From: Mayamaea pseudoterrestris
Taxonomy: Eukaryota
DNA: 64,000 nt
Direction of reading: 5' to 3'
Assembly (NCBI GenBank): GCA_027923505.1
Contig: BROI01000013.1
Span: 496,001 to 560,000 of the forward strand
Both the position numbers and the translations under genes were made by a program. Position 1 is the stretch's first letter. Each line of letters starts with the position of its first letter. Below, piece by piece: positions 22,451 through 35,764 of the stretch. The notes beneath the pieces were generated by a model that ran no database searches, had not been told where the DNA came from, and was given only the letters and a program-made list of their open reading frames with translations.

Positions 22451-22576
22451 GCTACAGAAGCTGTGTTTTGAACGGCTTGAATTATTATACAGGACTTCGG
22501 AGCGAGAGTACTTCAATAAGCTCACGGACGGTAGCTACTTGGACGATACATTGCCGACTCGGCCACAAAACGGACC

Positions 22577-23713
22577 ATGAACGCCAACGCCTCGTCATTT
22601 TTTGACCTTTCTGATTTCATTGCAAGTATATCAAGCACCTGTCCTTCACCTCCGATACTATTCGCTATTGCTGCTACCGTCATGTTATTTTCAATTCTCG
22701 GATTATATACCTTGTTTTATCCAGCCATTCTGGCTGCCTTGCAGCCCTCACTGGAGCCATGTCGCGTCGAAATCCTTCACCAAGCGCAAGGTCTATCATC
22801 CAATTCACAACAAACCTTGAGCATTATCATTCCCGCCTACAATGAGCAGGATCGACTACCGAAAATGCTGCAAGCTGCCGTTGAGTACTTGACAGCAGCA
22901 AGTCACAAGAGCAAGGGCTCGTCGCAGCAGCAGCAGAACCCATCCATGCAAGCCCTCGGCTGCACACACGTTGAATGGATCATTGTCAGCGACGGATCCA
23001 CCGACGAGACAGAACACGTCTTTCGCAACTACGTGACTGCCTGGGCCAATAAACACTCCTCCAAGCAAGTGTCTTGGACGTGGAAGTTGTTGGTGTTGCC
23101 GCGCAACGCTGGCAAGGGCGCGGCCGTGCGCACCGGCATGCTTCATTCGAATGCAGTTTGGCGATTAATGGTGGATGCCGACGGCGCCACTGACTTTGGA
23201 CCTGGATTGCAGGCATTGGCAAAACATGTATCTGCCAATGACATTGTCATTGGAAGTCGAGCGCATTTGCAAAAGACCAAGGCTGCCAAGCAGCGGGGTA
23301 TATTGCGTCAAGGACTCATGCACGCCTTTCACTTCTTGTGCGTTGTGCTAGTGGGCGCAACTGAGATTCAAGATACACAGTGCGGGTTCAAGTTATTTCG
23401 AGGTTCAGCTGCGACGAAACTGTTTAATAGTCTGCATTTGCGTGGATGGGCGTTTGACACCGAGTTGATTTACATGGCCAAAAAGTTGCAAATGACGATT
23501 CAAGAAGTGGATGTACCATGGCGAGAAGTGGAAGGCTCCAAGCTGCATACTTCGACCTTGAACTTGGCGCTCGTGGCAGTTGCCATGTTGCGTGACATGG
23601 TCTGCGTGCGACTCTGCTATACGTTGGGGCTGTGGAGATTGCGTGTACGAGCACCGTCGACCCGCAAAGGCGCTCATGCTTCGGTTCCGCGACGGCGGAG
23701 AAAAGAGGACTAG
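22577..23713 (+). CDS. ALG5: Dolichyl-phosphate beta-glucosyltransferase (GT2)
   Basis: N-terminal TM segment; LSIIIPAYNEQDRLP, IVSDGSTD, NAGKGAAVRTGM, LMVDADGAT, GSRAHL, DTQCGFKLF, WAFDTEL and WREVEGSKL motifs. Confidence 0.93.
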   Translation: MNANASSFFDLSDFIASISSTCPSPPILFAIAATVMLFSILGLYTLFYPAILAALQPSLEPCRVEILHQAQGLSSNSQQTLSIIIPAYNEQDRLPKMLQAAVEYLTAASHKSKGSSQQQQNPSMQALGCTHVEWIIVSDGSTDETEHVFRNYVTAWANKHSSKQVSWTWKLLVLPRNAGKGAAVRTGMLHSNAVWRLMVDADGATDFGPGLQALAKHVSANDIVIGSRAHLQKTKAAKQRGILRQGLMHAFHFLCVVLVGATEIQDTQCGFKLFRGSAATKLFNSLHLRGWAFDTELIYMAKKLQMTIQEVDVPWREVEGSKLHTSTLNLALVAVAMLRDMVCVRLCYTLGLWRLRVRAPSTRKGAHASVPRRRRKED

Positions 23714-23857
23714 ACGCAAGCTAGCTGGCGTAGTTTTGCTATATTCTATGTTATTGTGAATGAATGTAATACATAGATGACGCCAAACCTACTACTTTCG
23801 CCAAACATATTAGTCGTACTGCCTGCCAATTTCTGATGCACGCCGGCAACTACAGCA

Positions 23858-25843
23858 CTATGCACTGCCTGGTCCAGCAGTGACGCGCCGCTTCAACCGA
23901 TCCCTCAACGCCAACGAATCGGCACTCTTGTCGCGAGGCTTGCAGCACAAGTACAGAGTCGTTATGACGGCAAAGGCCATGAAAATGTAAATGAAGATTT
24001 GCTTGCGATAGAACCAGCCAATGAAGCCAAGGTTTTGCACTTGAACGCCAAACATTTGCCGAATGTTTGAAAAGGCAGCGTAATCCGCAAAGGCATCTTG
24101 ACAAAACTGTACCACTGGGAGAGCACAAAGCAGCACCAAGCCAATGTTAAAGAGAAAGGATGACATGTATGTCTTGTTGATCTTCATGGGATGAATCTGG
24201 AAGAACATGAAGCGAATTCCAAACTTGAAGCAACCTTTGACGGCAGCGAAGAGCAAGTAGACGGTGAATATGGCAACGCTCAAGACGCCAAAAAGGGGAA
24301 ACCACTGGTCAAACCATTTAAAGTAGGCATTCAAGAATGGCTGTGTACAATGCAACAAGTTGAAAGCAGCAATTCGGCTAGTGAGTATGGCACATGGCGA
24401 GCAAAGGACAAGTTTGACGATACCAATTCGTTCAACTTTGGCTCGACGCGTATTGTTGTGACGAACACTTACCGCTAGCGGAGGATCCGGATAAACGTAG
24501 ACAATGACATGAATAAACCAAAAGATGGAAATGATAAAGCTAACAAAACCAAGCAACAGAGCAATGTACGGCCAAAGCGCATTTGAGTTCTCATAGTTGC
24601 TCGTGGCATCCTTAAAATCGTCCACATCCTCCTCCAGCAAGTAGACGGCCTGTTTGAACTGCAAGACTGCCTCTCGCTCCTCCTTGGCGAGTGCACGCTT
24701 GTTACCGTTCAAGCTGAACCGCGAAAGCTTGGACATGCCAGCATGCGCTCTATCGTGTCGTTCTGTCTTTATCAATTCACCAATTTCAACCAGTTCATTA
24801 ACACGCTGCCGTAGCGACTGCTGCGCCTCGGCAAAGGCTTGCGCATCCATGTGTTTGGGTCGGTCTCTGAAAATGAGGTAAAAGTCTAGTGGCGTTGCCG
24901 CCAAGCCAATGCCACCAAAGAGTGCAAACAGAAACCAGCCTGCGTGACGCAAACAAAGTGAATGAGTGAGTGAGCGACAAAGACAACTGAGAGCACAATA
25001 CATGAGACTGAAAGCGATTACAGTTGCACCGTTGCGAACTCCTCGAGTCGCATCCGACGCTCAATCAACAGACTCGTCGCCAACAACAATCATCAACAAC
25101 AATACAACCGTACTCGCATTGACCAACGACTCACCAATCCACGCCATGAGTCCTCCGTAGAATGTTGCCACTGATACGCTAAGCGTGAGAGTCTCCTTGC
25201 TCGTCTTGAGCGTTCCCACCCAACTAGCGTCATTGGCCGTCATATTGCTCATGGCGTCTACATTAAAGGTGGCATTCGTGGTAACGTTTGGTGCAATCTC
25301 ATATAGAGTCAATCCATTCACATTTGCAGCATTGGTTTGATAGTTTTGCACTGGAATCTTGGCGTCGTTGAGTACAGCGTACAAGACTCCGAAAAAGACG
25401 CCAACGATCAAAATGACAAAGAATTGATAGCAGCACGCTTCCGCCAGTCGCGACTTTCTGATGCCAGTTGGATTGACGCTCGTTCCCGCCATGATCATGC
25501 CGTCATCCGCTTCGTAGTAAAATGTCATGAATGGCACAATGATGAAGCAAAATATTGGAATGGCCCAAAAGACAATGCTCCACAGCAGCACCATGTTGAG
25601 TCCGCCGCACAAACTCGTATCGTAGCCTTGACAGCCAGCGTAGCCTTCGTTATTGGCAACGTCTAATGGAAACAGCAAGACGGTCGCTCCGGCCAGTATG
25701 AATCCCAAAATGACGACGAGTTTGGGAAGATAAGCGTCATTCTTGTCGTCCGGGTGCGAGTAGTAGACCAATAGGTAAACGGAGGCAATGAGCAAAATGA
25801 TCAAGGCGACCGCCATGACGACAATGAGGAAAATGTCAGGCAT
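23858..25843 (-). CDS. LMBR1-like (LIMR family) multi-pass membrane protein; 3 exons (25843-25135, 24939-24473, 24340-23858)
   Basis: LVYYSHPDDKNDAYLPK, LLFPLDVAN, PFMTFYYEAD, GWFLFALFGGIGLAATPLD and IHPMKINKTYMSSFLFN motifs. Two GT-AG introns (195 and 132 bp) preserve the frame. Confidence 0.88.
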
Positions 25844-26493
25844 GGTATTGTCGCTTATATTGAATTTTTAGTAAAGCCTTGGTATGGCTGATGGCCAAAT
25901 GATCAACGAACGAACAGCGGTTAAAAAAGAGGCAGATGCTCGACGTTGGATCGTTCAGTACTTGTTGCTTGTACTTTAAACGTCAAGTAGATTGATGTAT
26001 TGCGTGAAAGAGTTTACTAGTCGGTATATTCTTCGTCGTCGGAGCAAAGAGTCAAGTAATGAAAATCCGCGAACGATGAGCGGCTGCCTTTCTTCCCATG
26101 GTGGAAAAGCAACGGACGGCGAACGAAACGCTTCATTCCGAGTCGTTGACTCATGAGCGTTCTTTTATGGAAAAGAAAACACAATTGATGCTTTTCTCGA
26201 CCGCTTCAGAGCAAGCTTCCAATGATGCATCAACGCTGCGACACTCATCTCTTGTACCTACGGTACTGACTGCAGCCACCGCAAAACAACATTAGCGACC
26301 ATGAGGACAAAAGTTTAATAACAATCACGACCTTATAGAAAACATTAAATCCTGGGCAATCGCAATTTAATCGAAAACGCTTTACATTGTGTATTGGTGA
26401 TACTGAATTGCTACATGCTCATTGTTCGCTCGCCGCATCGCTAGCCATGTTATATAATGATAATCTTGCTCCATCAACAGTGGCATAATAGTC

Positions 26494-27525
26494 TTACCGC
26501 CACCGCGCAAAGATGGAACCTTCCTCGACGTCATCTACAGTTGGCCGAGTATCCTCTTGGTCCTTGTAACTGTCCATATACTTGCGCTTGTCCTTATAGC
26601 ATGCGCATGGAATGATATAGAGCGAGCAAAGCCACATGAGCATGAACACAAGCGGCCCCATGACAAAGATGGCAATCAACGTGATAATCAAGCACCTGAC
26701 CCAGTAATCCTGCCACGCCAGTGCGCCGTAAATGGCATCGTCATTGTCCGGATCTGCTCCAGAAGCATCATTGGCATCTGGATTTCCAATACCCGAATAG
26801 GATTGCGCGACAGACCAAATACCCCAAAGTATATCCAACGGCAATACCAAGCCATACCACATCATCCATCGCACCGGAATGCGATTCACGACAAAGCCAT
26901 CCAACCAAACCACACAGGCAGTGATCAAGTGCGGCGATATATTGTAAAAGGTAATTTTCGTCACTCCAGCCTCAAAGATAAGCACCCACCAAAGAATACT
27001 GGCGCAGGCACTCGTATGCGACGCCAATGTGAACAATGCCCACGTTGTGCGAATGATGAAACCCGCCGAGACGGGTGGCTGCGGCGTGCGGGCCGCCATG
27101 ATGGTATTATACAAACTGAACCATGAGTATAGCGTCGCCAGTAACAAGGCCCAGTAGGTAAAGTACGCCAGATAGAATTGCGGATTGCTTGTATCGATCC
27201 ACGTCAATACAAGCGTCGCCGTAATCAAGACTGCTTCCGCGAGCTTGAACAAAAAGGCATAGCACGAGGGCGGCGCAAAGCTCTCTGGAATATCAATCTT
27301 GCGGCCAAACGTATCGGCCGTCGTAAACCATGGTTGACAAGGATTCAGCTCACTCCAGAGTCGGCGCAAGCAGGAGGGTGGAGCTTCCGCGTCGTTGCTA
27401 GTGCGGCGACTGTTGGAAGACTTGACCGAAATCATGGATGGTTGCTCCACGTAATTGTCATTATCATCCTCGAGACCTTGCTGACAAGACTTGTCGGATG
27501 GCTGACCCTTGCTCCAGAATGGCAT
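26494..27525 (-). CDS. Rolling-stone (Rost)/FAR-17a-like multi-pass membrane protein
   Basis: About six TM helices with YFTYW, ILWWVL, H.....VVWLD, PVRW and AIYGALAW motifs. Confidence 0.62.
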   Translation of the reverse strand: MPFWSKGQPSDKSCQQGLEDDNDNYVEQPSMISVKSSNSRRTSNDAEAPPSCLRRLWSELNPCQPWFTTADTFGRKIDIPESFAPPSCYAFLFKLAEAVLITATLVLTWIDTSNPQFYLAYFTYWALLLATLYSWFSLYNTIMAARTPQPPVSAGFIIRTTWALFTLASHTSACASILWWVLIFEAGVTKITFYNISPHLITACVVWLDGFVVNRIPVRWMMWYGLVLPLDILWGIWSVAQSYSGIGNPDANDASGADPDNDDAIYGALAWQDYWVRCLIITLIAIFVMGPLVFMLMWLCSLYIIPCACYKDKRKYMDSYKDQEDTRPTVDDVEEGSIFARWR

Positions 27526-28201
27526 GCTGTACCTGTTGCTGCGGATAAAGACTGTAGGGTATGCGAGACGTTGTCGTTAGTTCAAGAAGCAGTGGCAGGT
27601 GGCAGCGCCGCGGATCACAACATTGTGAATAGTTCGAATAGTTCGAAAGGTTTCGCTGTCAACGGTCACACACTTTGCTGCACACGTCACGCTTCCAGTC
27701 ACGGCTGGCGCGCATTCAGTCACGCTACACATATTAGTGTCGCATCGTTAATCGTTACTTCATGACTCCCTCCGCGCCGACAATAGTACTGAAACCTACG
27801 CGCTGGCGCGTAGAGGAGCACAGATTTGGTCGAGCGAAAGGACGACTCTCACTAATCGCGAGCAACAAGGGGCTTGTTCGTGAGAGCGATTATACAAGTC
27901 ATCAAGCATTAAAATACAAACAAAAGCTTGATTCTGGTCGTCTATAGAGTCTAAGTTTAGATTGCGTCATTGGATTTGGAGTCTGACGTTTGCCAATTGT
28001 TAAAAAGGCACCCTCCAACAAGACGCGCGAGCATCGAGCCGCTGTTAAGCGTAAAAGCAAACCATGCCTCGATTCACCAGCCCCTTGTTCATCGGAGGCC
28101 GAAACACTCGGTCCGATACAGTTGCTTCGCCGACGCAGTTTCCTCGTCGGTTTCCTCGACTTGGAGCGAGTTTTCAGGTGTTGCAGCGCAATGTTCCAGC
28201 C

Positions 28202-31200
28202 ATGGGAAGTACACTGAGCCAGCGACCGGCGCCAGTCTTGGTGGATGCGCCGTGGGTGGAACGAAACTTTGAGGAGGATGCCGAGGACGATAGCATGGAT
28301 GGTATGTATGATAAGATTATCGGGATTGTTTAAATGACTGCAATAGATGGAGTGATTTGGTTTCTTGAGCTTGTCAAGTTGGTCCATGTTCGATCGATCG
28401 AGTCGACGACTCTCGCCTCGTGACCCTTCGTTCGCTTCTTGGTCATTCAAATGAACATGCCTGGCGTTCATTTTGCTCTCATTTCTCACTTGATACCTTG
28501 CATGTCTTTTATAGACCAAGAAGCTGGTCCTGCTACGGCAAGTGCAACTAACGAAGCCTCTCTCACTGAAGCCTCTGTCGTGGGTTATGGGGGCAGTGGC
28601 AGTGGCAAATTTGCGGCAGATTTACCAGATTCAGAGCCTTCTTCCCGTCCTTCCCTGACTAGTAATGTATTCTTGCCGCTACTGACTCCTTTTGTGCCAT
28701 CGACGCAAGCGGAAACCTTGATTGGTTGGAAGCAGCGCTTGCTCGACTGGCACGCTACGAGTGGTGGTGCTGGTGGCACGGAACAAGCTCTTGCTGCTGA
28801 AGCGACAACCACTACTGATTTCAATTTCGCATCTACACGTGGACGCAGCTCGCGCAACAACAATAACAACACGCGACGAGTCACCAACAAGCGCCCAAGC
28901 CACGACCGACCCGATTTGGGGTTTTCCGTCAAGCGCATGGCGGTCGAGCAGCATGCCATTGTTCAAAAATGGAGCGGAGGCAAGGCTGTTTTGAGTGTCA
29001 GGCGACGGAAACGATCTATTAAACGCAAAATGTCCTTTGAATCATCAAGTTGGCGAAACCAAATTTTGATGTACGCGCCGTACATGTTGGGTGACTATCG
29101 CAAGTCGGGGGCGGCAGATGAAGCTGCAACTGGCGAAACTGCTGCGAATCCCGTAGTTGAGCATGGCGTAGCAAGCAACAATACTACAGCGGATGCTCTC
29201 AATGTTAAAGAGTTGTGGTTCGCTGTATTGGCTTACGCCGAATGCTTGTACAAGGATATTAAGTCGTCGTATCAATCCCATTTGACGCAGCGTGTGCGAC
29301 TGTCGGAGGTTTGTCAGTTTTTACATCGAATCGCCAAGGATTTACCAGCTCCAGAACAAGCTTGTGACCAACTGACGTGCGACGCCGTGGACGATGCCAT
29401 GTGGTCATTAATGTACGCACTTGGGTCGGCACAGAAGCAGCAAGCCAAGCTATATGACTTGTTTTACGAGGAGGGCGTCGATGTAGATACACTTCGAAAG
29501 CAATTGGATATTATTGCAAGAGAATGCAAGCTTGAGTTGGATGAAATGGAGGAATGGAATCGCCAAGTACTGGCTGTCTTGGATTGGCAGGCAAGACTGG
29601 ATGCCGCTTTTACCAAGGAGGACGAGGATGTTGTATTATCGGAGCAAGTTTCGCCCTCTCGAAACGACTTGGTCAAGCTGGAATTATCTTTAGAGGAAAG
29701 TAAACAACATGGTTTTCGATCCAAAGGCTTGCTTGTTTTAGAAAAGAAGCTTGAAAAGGCGTATCAGTTGCAAGACCGAATATTGGAGTGGCGACGACAA
29801 TCAGCAACTACACGGGAATCAACAAAGGTGCTTGGCGCACTTGTTCGCGAACTCTCGCGGCTCAAGCTGGCTTTTCCAGTAGGCAGCGCCATCATGGCAT
29901 TCCATCGCGACGTTGAGTCCTGGATAGATCGAGCGACTGTTGCCATTCGGTCACGAATATCCCTGCAAGAGATTGAAATTTTGTTAAAGCGGGCCAGCGA
30001 AATGGATGTAAACTTGTCGGAATATACGGAAAAACTGCAGTCTCGAGTGGACATGACTTATGATTGGCTCGCACGTTTTAAAAAGGAGTTATCGTGTAAG
30101 CAGGATGAAGAGATGAGCAATCTTGAATGGATAAATCGCATTCGCCAAGCTTTGAATGACGGTTTTAACCCTCATTTTCATGAACTTGCATCCGAAGGGA
30201 GCCGCATGCCCGTAGACTGTGATCTGTTTAAAATTCTGCAGGTGGAGATGGACGCTCGTACCTGGTCAGCCACGGCTCGGAGATGGATCCCCAGTGACGC
30301 TGACGAACCAGCTAGCAAACGCGGCAAGCTTGAAGATTTAGAGGAGCATGTAGAAAAAGCAATTGCAATCCGGGAACGCCTTTGTCTATCTGATGACCAA
30401 AAGAGAGAATGGGAGCTTGACGGAGAAGCTGAACTGCGCCGCATCGTAGATGAGGCCCGCAGTTGGTTCAGCCGACACTCGGAAATAATAGGTGGCGACA
30501 GCCGTCGGAGCACGGAGCGATGTCGCTTGTCAATGGAACAGCTTCGCCAGATTGTTCACGAGAATGATGCCGTTTTTGCCAATCTTGGCGCAGCATCCTC
30601 CAAAATCGCTCGCATGTTAAACGTTGCAGAAGCCTGGTATGAGGCGCATGTACCACTTCTTCGCCGATGTGGCCTGCTGGGCAAAAGATTTGCCGACGAC
30701 GCGAATGTTAGCCTCGAAGAACTGACGGCTGCAGTGGAAGCTTCTGAAGTTGACCTTCCAATTGAACTCGACGAAGCTGCCAAGTTACGTGATTTGGAGG
30801 AGCGAATAAAGCATTGGCATGAAGATTGCGCTTTTGCGGCCGGAAGGACAAAAAAGCGTAGTCGCCGAAGCAAAAAGTTCACCATACAGAGAATGAAGGA
30901 TTTTATTGAAGAGGCTTCACAATTGCCAATTGATAGCAGAGAAGATGTTGCACAGCTCCAAGAGCAGCTAGCGCTGATAACAACATGGCAGTCTCGCGCT
31001 TCCACTGAATTAGATGCTATCTCAGATGGATTTAAGTATCTCCAGGAAGCGATTACGGAAAGTCATGGAAATCCTGCAAGCTATACGAGAGAGATGGTTG
31101 AAAATCGAGCGGAGTCGTTTGTGCAAGCGGAGAAAACGGATGATGTTTTGTTTTTCGAGGAGGAGAAGAAGGCGTCGGACGATATGTCTCAGGCAGAAAC

Positions 31201-34200
31201 AGTCTCCACCGACAGCTCTGCGCAAGAAATATATAGTGCGCTTGCTTCTGTTGGCCCAGGTGAAAGCAACGTGCATGTCTTGATAAAGAACTTTTTTCGG
31301 GAGGCATCGCAAACCAACCTGGAAACTCCGGAGGGGGATATTGCGTTCGAGCTTAAGAATGTTTCTCAGTGGTGCGCACGTTCAATTCGTTATCTAGAAA
31401 GCCAGAGGAATGTGTTCGATAAGCGTTTTTTCGGCTCATTTGATCGCTTTGTTGCGGAAGGCAAGGCTCTTTTGACTCTTGGCGGAGTGAGGAGTGCTAC
31501 TGCATCCGCGCAGGCTGGCACGTACAGTCGGCTACGCGACAGCTGGAAAGGCGTTGTACGGGACCAGATGATACGGCTTGACATTTTAATGAGCGAACGT
31601 AGTTGTTTTGTCGAGTTTTGCAAGAATGCGGAGCAGCTTCTCTCAGGCGAGACACGAATCACAGTAAAAAAGCTGCAAGATATAGAATTAAAAAGCCGTT
31701 CATTTCCAAGTGATTGCGACTTAATCAGAAAAATCACCGAATTAAGCAGAAGGTCCCTCCGCTGGCGAACCGAGGCAAAGGCGTTACTATCTTCTCACCA
31801 GAAAGTGACTATGACCGATGCCAAAGCGCTTCTTGATAGCGGAGAAAAGCTTGGCATAGCATGTGATGAACTGAAGGAGCTTCGCGGTGGCATCCGGCTT
31901 GCGCGGGCATGGTGCAGCCAAGTTAAGCGTTGCAGTTTGAATAATGGAGCGACTAATACGGAGGATGTAACGAGACTTCTTGAGGAGCACGATAAACTAC
32001 TGGTTGAGATGCCGGACGAAGCTGCTAAATTACGAAGCGCAATGTGCAACTACTGTATCTGTCGTAGACCATTCGATGGATTTATGATTGCCTGCGATTC
32101 TTGCGACGACTGGTTTCATGGACCGTGTATTGGCATAACTGAATCCAAAGCAGGAAAGACTGAAAAGTATGTATGCATTCGCTGTTCCATTGTTCGCTCA
32201 TACAAGACCTGTGCGTCTGGTGCCATCGGATTCATTCGCAAGTGGGCGAATGACACTGACCGAAAAAAGGCAAGGCAATCCGATGCTCAAAAGTTGCAGC
32301 GCAAGATACGTAAGGATAACAAAGACATGGCAACTCTTAAACTCGAGCAGAGTTCGATTGTCGACCGTCTCAAAGTGCTTGACCGGCCGGCTAGGGACTA
32401 CTTGGTAACGGTAGATTTTTTAGCAGCTGAAGCAATGCATTTGGAAGCCAAGTCATGCGGGGAGCCCTTGAAGGAATTGAGCACGGCATTTGTAGAGACA
32501 CAAGAGGACACAGTGAATACAAACTTTGAGTCGTCGGACTTTCCGTTACGAGAGCAATCGACAGGCATTATCAAGGAGCATGTCGTAGTTGAATCGATCG
32601 AAGGCGGACTTCAGACGACCGAAGCTCCAGCACAGTCTCCAGTTGATGCCTTTGCAACAGGTCCGGTACAATTAGGATCATCCGCAGATAAATCGAGCAC
32701 GAACAAGACATCGAGCGAGGAGTTGTATAAATCCAAAGAAGAATGTGAGGCAAGACTTGAAAAAATTGCAGAGTCTCTGGAAGCGATTATGAAACGACTG
32801 GCTGAGGTGACAGTGCAAGCCAATTTGCGCCGCAACGAGCAAGAGCTTGAGGATGCGAGTACACTGGCTTTAAAGAAATGGTTCCTCGACGTTTTGGCCC
32901 TCGCGCTTATACCTTCCACTTCGATACTTGCAGACAAAAGTCGCCCAGAGGGTGGCTCCATTACTGAGACGATGCAGACGTTAATTCAAGACGCAGCGCG
33001 AGACGGTCTTGCGCGATTCAAAGACGTGCAAGATACAATAAACAGCTTTAAATGCATGGCGTGGTGTGTTGGGGCATCGAGCATTATAGCAAGACGTCCA
33101 TCCGACTCTGAACTCGTCGCACTTGTCAGATTGGGGCAGAATATTATATTTAATGATGACAAGGCTTTCCGGGCGCTGAAGTCAATCCTTGCTCGCGTGA
33201 GATCTTGGGATGCGAAGGTTAAAAAGGCGTTGACTCCTATTCCTGGAGACGTGCGTCCATTCAATCTCGCTAGTTTGAAAGACTTGGCAGAGATGGCCGA
33301 TGATATACCGCTCACCTTGCCGCTTCAGTCACGACTGGCGACGATCATCGACGACAATGGTAGCCGGCATTGCCTATGTGGCGGACCGAGCGACGGACGA
33401 TTTATGCTTTGTTGCGACACTTGCAACAAGTGGTTCCATGGTCTATGTGTGGGTGTCAAAGGAATGGACGCCGAAGAGTGGAATTGTCCCGTATGCGCGG
33501 GATCACCTCAAGCAACTGTCGACGACAAGACTTTGTCTGAGTTTCACGAAACGTTTACGATTGACGAGGACAATGTATCGACCATGGCCGATGACAGCGA
33601 TGACGACGTGTCATCCAAGGCGCCGAATGCGAAGAATATGTGGCCTCCTTTTGGTTTGCTTGGATCTGAGCAAGCTAAGGAAGCGCTTGGCGCCGATTTT
33701 CCTCCGTATTCGGTGCAACCTGATGGCACAATCATGCTTACACCGACACCTAGGGTGGTGGTTGCAACAGCGCCTCGTCCCATCGAAGTTACCGAGCCTT
33801 TTCTCCCACCGAAGCTACCCAAAAATCCTTCTGTACCAAAGGCGCATAAGCCGAAGCCGGCAAAGAAGCCGTCTCCACCAGTAACTGCATCGACCGCGTC
33901 AGCAGTTGTCGCACGACCCACCGCTGCACCAACAGCTGTGAAGCAACATGCACCAAATTATCCACCACCCTTTGCATTTTCAGCTCCACTTTCCAACCAA
34001 GTGATGCAGAACATGCAGCAAATGTTTGCTTGGCAACACAGTGCAATGATGCCTATGAGCATGCTTCCTCCAAGTTCTGCATCAGCAAATAATATTTATG
34101 CCGATCAGCAGTGTGGAATCAACAATAATTCAGCCTACCAAGCAGGCGCCACGGCTGCGAAAAATGGTCAACAGAATGGGACGCACGTGGCTCCATCAGC

Positions 34201-34333
34201 AGCATCATCGGTTTCGTCAATAGCGTCGGGCAGTCTGAGTTTGGATGTATTGAAAAATGTTGGGTGTGATCGGCGTCTGCTGAACCATGGACCGCCGGTA
34301 ACGAACCACGATGATTCAACTATGGACCGCTAA
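28202..34333 (+). CDS. ~1970-aa chromatin protein with PLU-1-like helical repeats and two PHD fingers; probable 5' exon 28202-28301, main exon 28515-34333
   Basis: PHD1 is YCICRRPFDGFMIACDSCDDWFHGPCIG...YVCIRC and PHD2 is HCLCGGPSDGRFMLCCDTCNKWFHGLCVG...WNCPVC. Repeated W..RA..A(L) helical units resemble the KDM5 PLU-1 region. A GTATGT donor (28302) and a TTTTATAG acceptor (28514) are phase compatible. Confidence 0.82.
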
Positions 34334-34672
34334 TGGAATCGTTGCAGTAGTTAATAATAGAAAAATCAGTAGAGTTAACGTAAACGACTGACAATTTTTG
34401 CCAGCGAGTCGTAGCAACGCCATGAGAGCAATTTGATCCCAAATACAGGACAACAGGCGCCGGACATGCACAACTGCAAAGCGGCCATGGTGTTGATCGA
34501 TGAAGTAGCAACCTGCTCAAGGTGCGATTTAGGGTCTCCAGAGAAGCTACGACATGGTTACTGGAAGCTCGTCGCTTGTAAACGGTTAATGTGTTTACGC
34601 CCCGACTTAGATATTATCAACATTGGTACATAAGTCGAACTAGCTATATTGTACTCCCGAAACTTTATTATA

Positions 34673-35764
34673 CTATCGTGTCCGCTTTTCCTCATCTTGA
34701 AAGGCTTCAACTCCTTGAAAGGTAATGCCAACACCAGATGGGTCAACAATCGTGTTCAGTGCGCCATCACCGTCCGCACTGGGCGTGTACACAATGCGCA
34801 GCCCATCGACAACTGGATTGGGCTTGACATTCTTTTTGCGTCGCTCCGTTGGTATTAACAAAATGCCCATGCTTTCCGGCGTCATGCTCATGTAGACCGA
34901 TTTGGCTGGCGGCGCCGGTTCAAAGGCAGTGGTTCCGTGTGAAGGTCTGGCGTAAGGTATTTCTCGTTCGATGAAACCAATCGTTTCGTAAAAGGAACGG
35001 CTGGCTGAAACGTCAACGCAGTTGATAGCTACGAGCATGATTGGGTCGGATGCGATGCCCACAATGCCTCGGACTGGCAAACCCGAAGGCGAAACAACAT
35101 CGGCATGACCATAGGCATCCAGTATATTGCCACCCGCAGCTACCATTCGCGATATTCTATATCCCGGAACAGCCAGCTGCAGATAGGCGATATTGTCTCC
35201 TGGAGCGGAGTCTCCTTTTCGATACAAGACTGACGTACTGGAGGTGTCATAAACAAGGGCAATCGAAGCGTGTCCGCCATACTCGGCAAAGGATGAAACC
35301 CCCGGAACCCATCCATCGGGCACCGATAATTGCTCTGGTCCAAAACCTAACCATGTTTCTTCAACTGTACCGACAATTCTTTTTCTTAAAATCTTGCAGT
35401 CGAATCCTTCCACTAAAAAGGCAATCATGGCATCCAGCTGTGATCGATCCGCCACTCGTATTTGAATTCCTTGCAAATGCGCGTTAGTTTCTGCAAGTTC
35501 CGGTAGCGATCCCACGGCTGCAGTTGCTGATTCAAGTGATGTCATTCCAATGCTTGCTGCCGCTGCTAACATGGGAAAGAGTGCCAATGATGATCGTCGC
35601 GCAGTTGATTCGACCGAGTCATCTCCATGGTGATGTATGGCGGAAATGCTAGTCGATGACGTCCGCATTTCTTGGCGTCTACTAAAGAATGTATTCATAT
35701 GTAAAGCATTGGATCTATGGATGCTGCATATTGCTGAGAGCGACGCCAAAGAAAGATGCTTCAT
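34673..35764 (-). CDS. VOC/glyoxalase-like protein with a bipartite plastid/lumen presequence
   Basis: Signal and transit peptide with an RR..hydrophobic..ATA signal; two VOC-like halves (WLGFGPEQ, GDNIAYLQLAV; DPIMLVAINCVDVSASRSFYETIGF). Confidence 0.65.
   Translation of the reverse strand: MKHLSLASLSAICSIHRSNALHMNTFFSRRQEMRTSSTSISAIHHHGDDSVESTARRSSLALFPMLAAAASIGMTSLESATAAVGSLPELAETNAHLQGIQIRVADRSQLDAMIAFLVEGFDCKILRKRIVGTVEETWLGFGPEQLSVPDGWVPGVSSFAEYGGHASIALVYDTSSTSVLYRKGDSAPGDNIAYLQLAVPGYRISRMVAAGGNILDAYGHADVVSPSGLPVRGIVGIASDPIMLVAINCVDVSASRSFYETIGFIEREIPYARPSHGTTAFEPAPPAKSVYMSMTPESMGILLIPTERRKKNVKPNPVVDGLRIVYTPSADGDGALNTIVDPSGVGITFQGVEAFQDEEKRTR

Noticed and set aside
27902..28519. 205-aa minus-strand ORF
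   Set aside because: It overlaps the promoter, first exon and intron of the PHD gene on the opposite strand and has no domain features.
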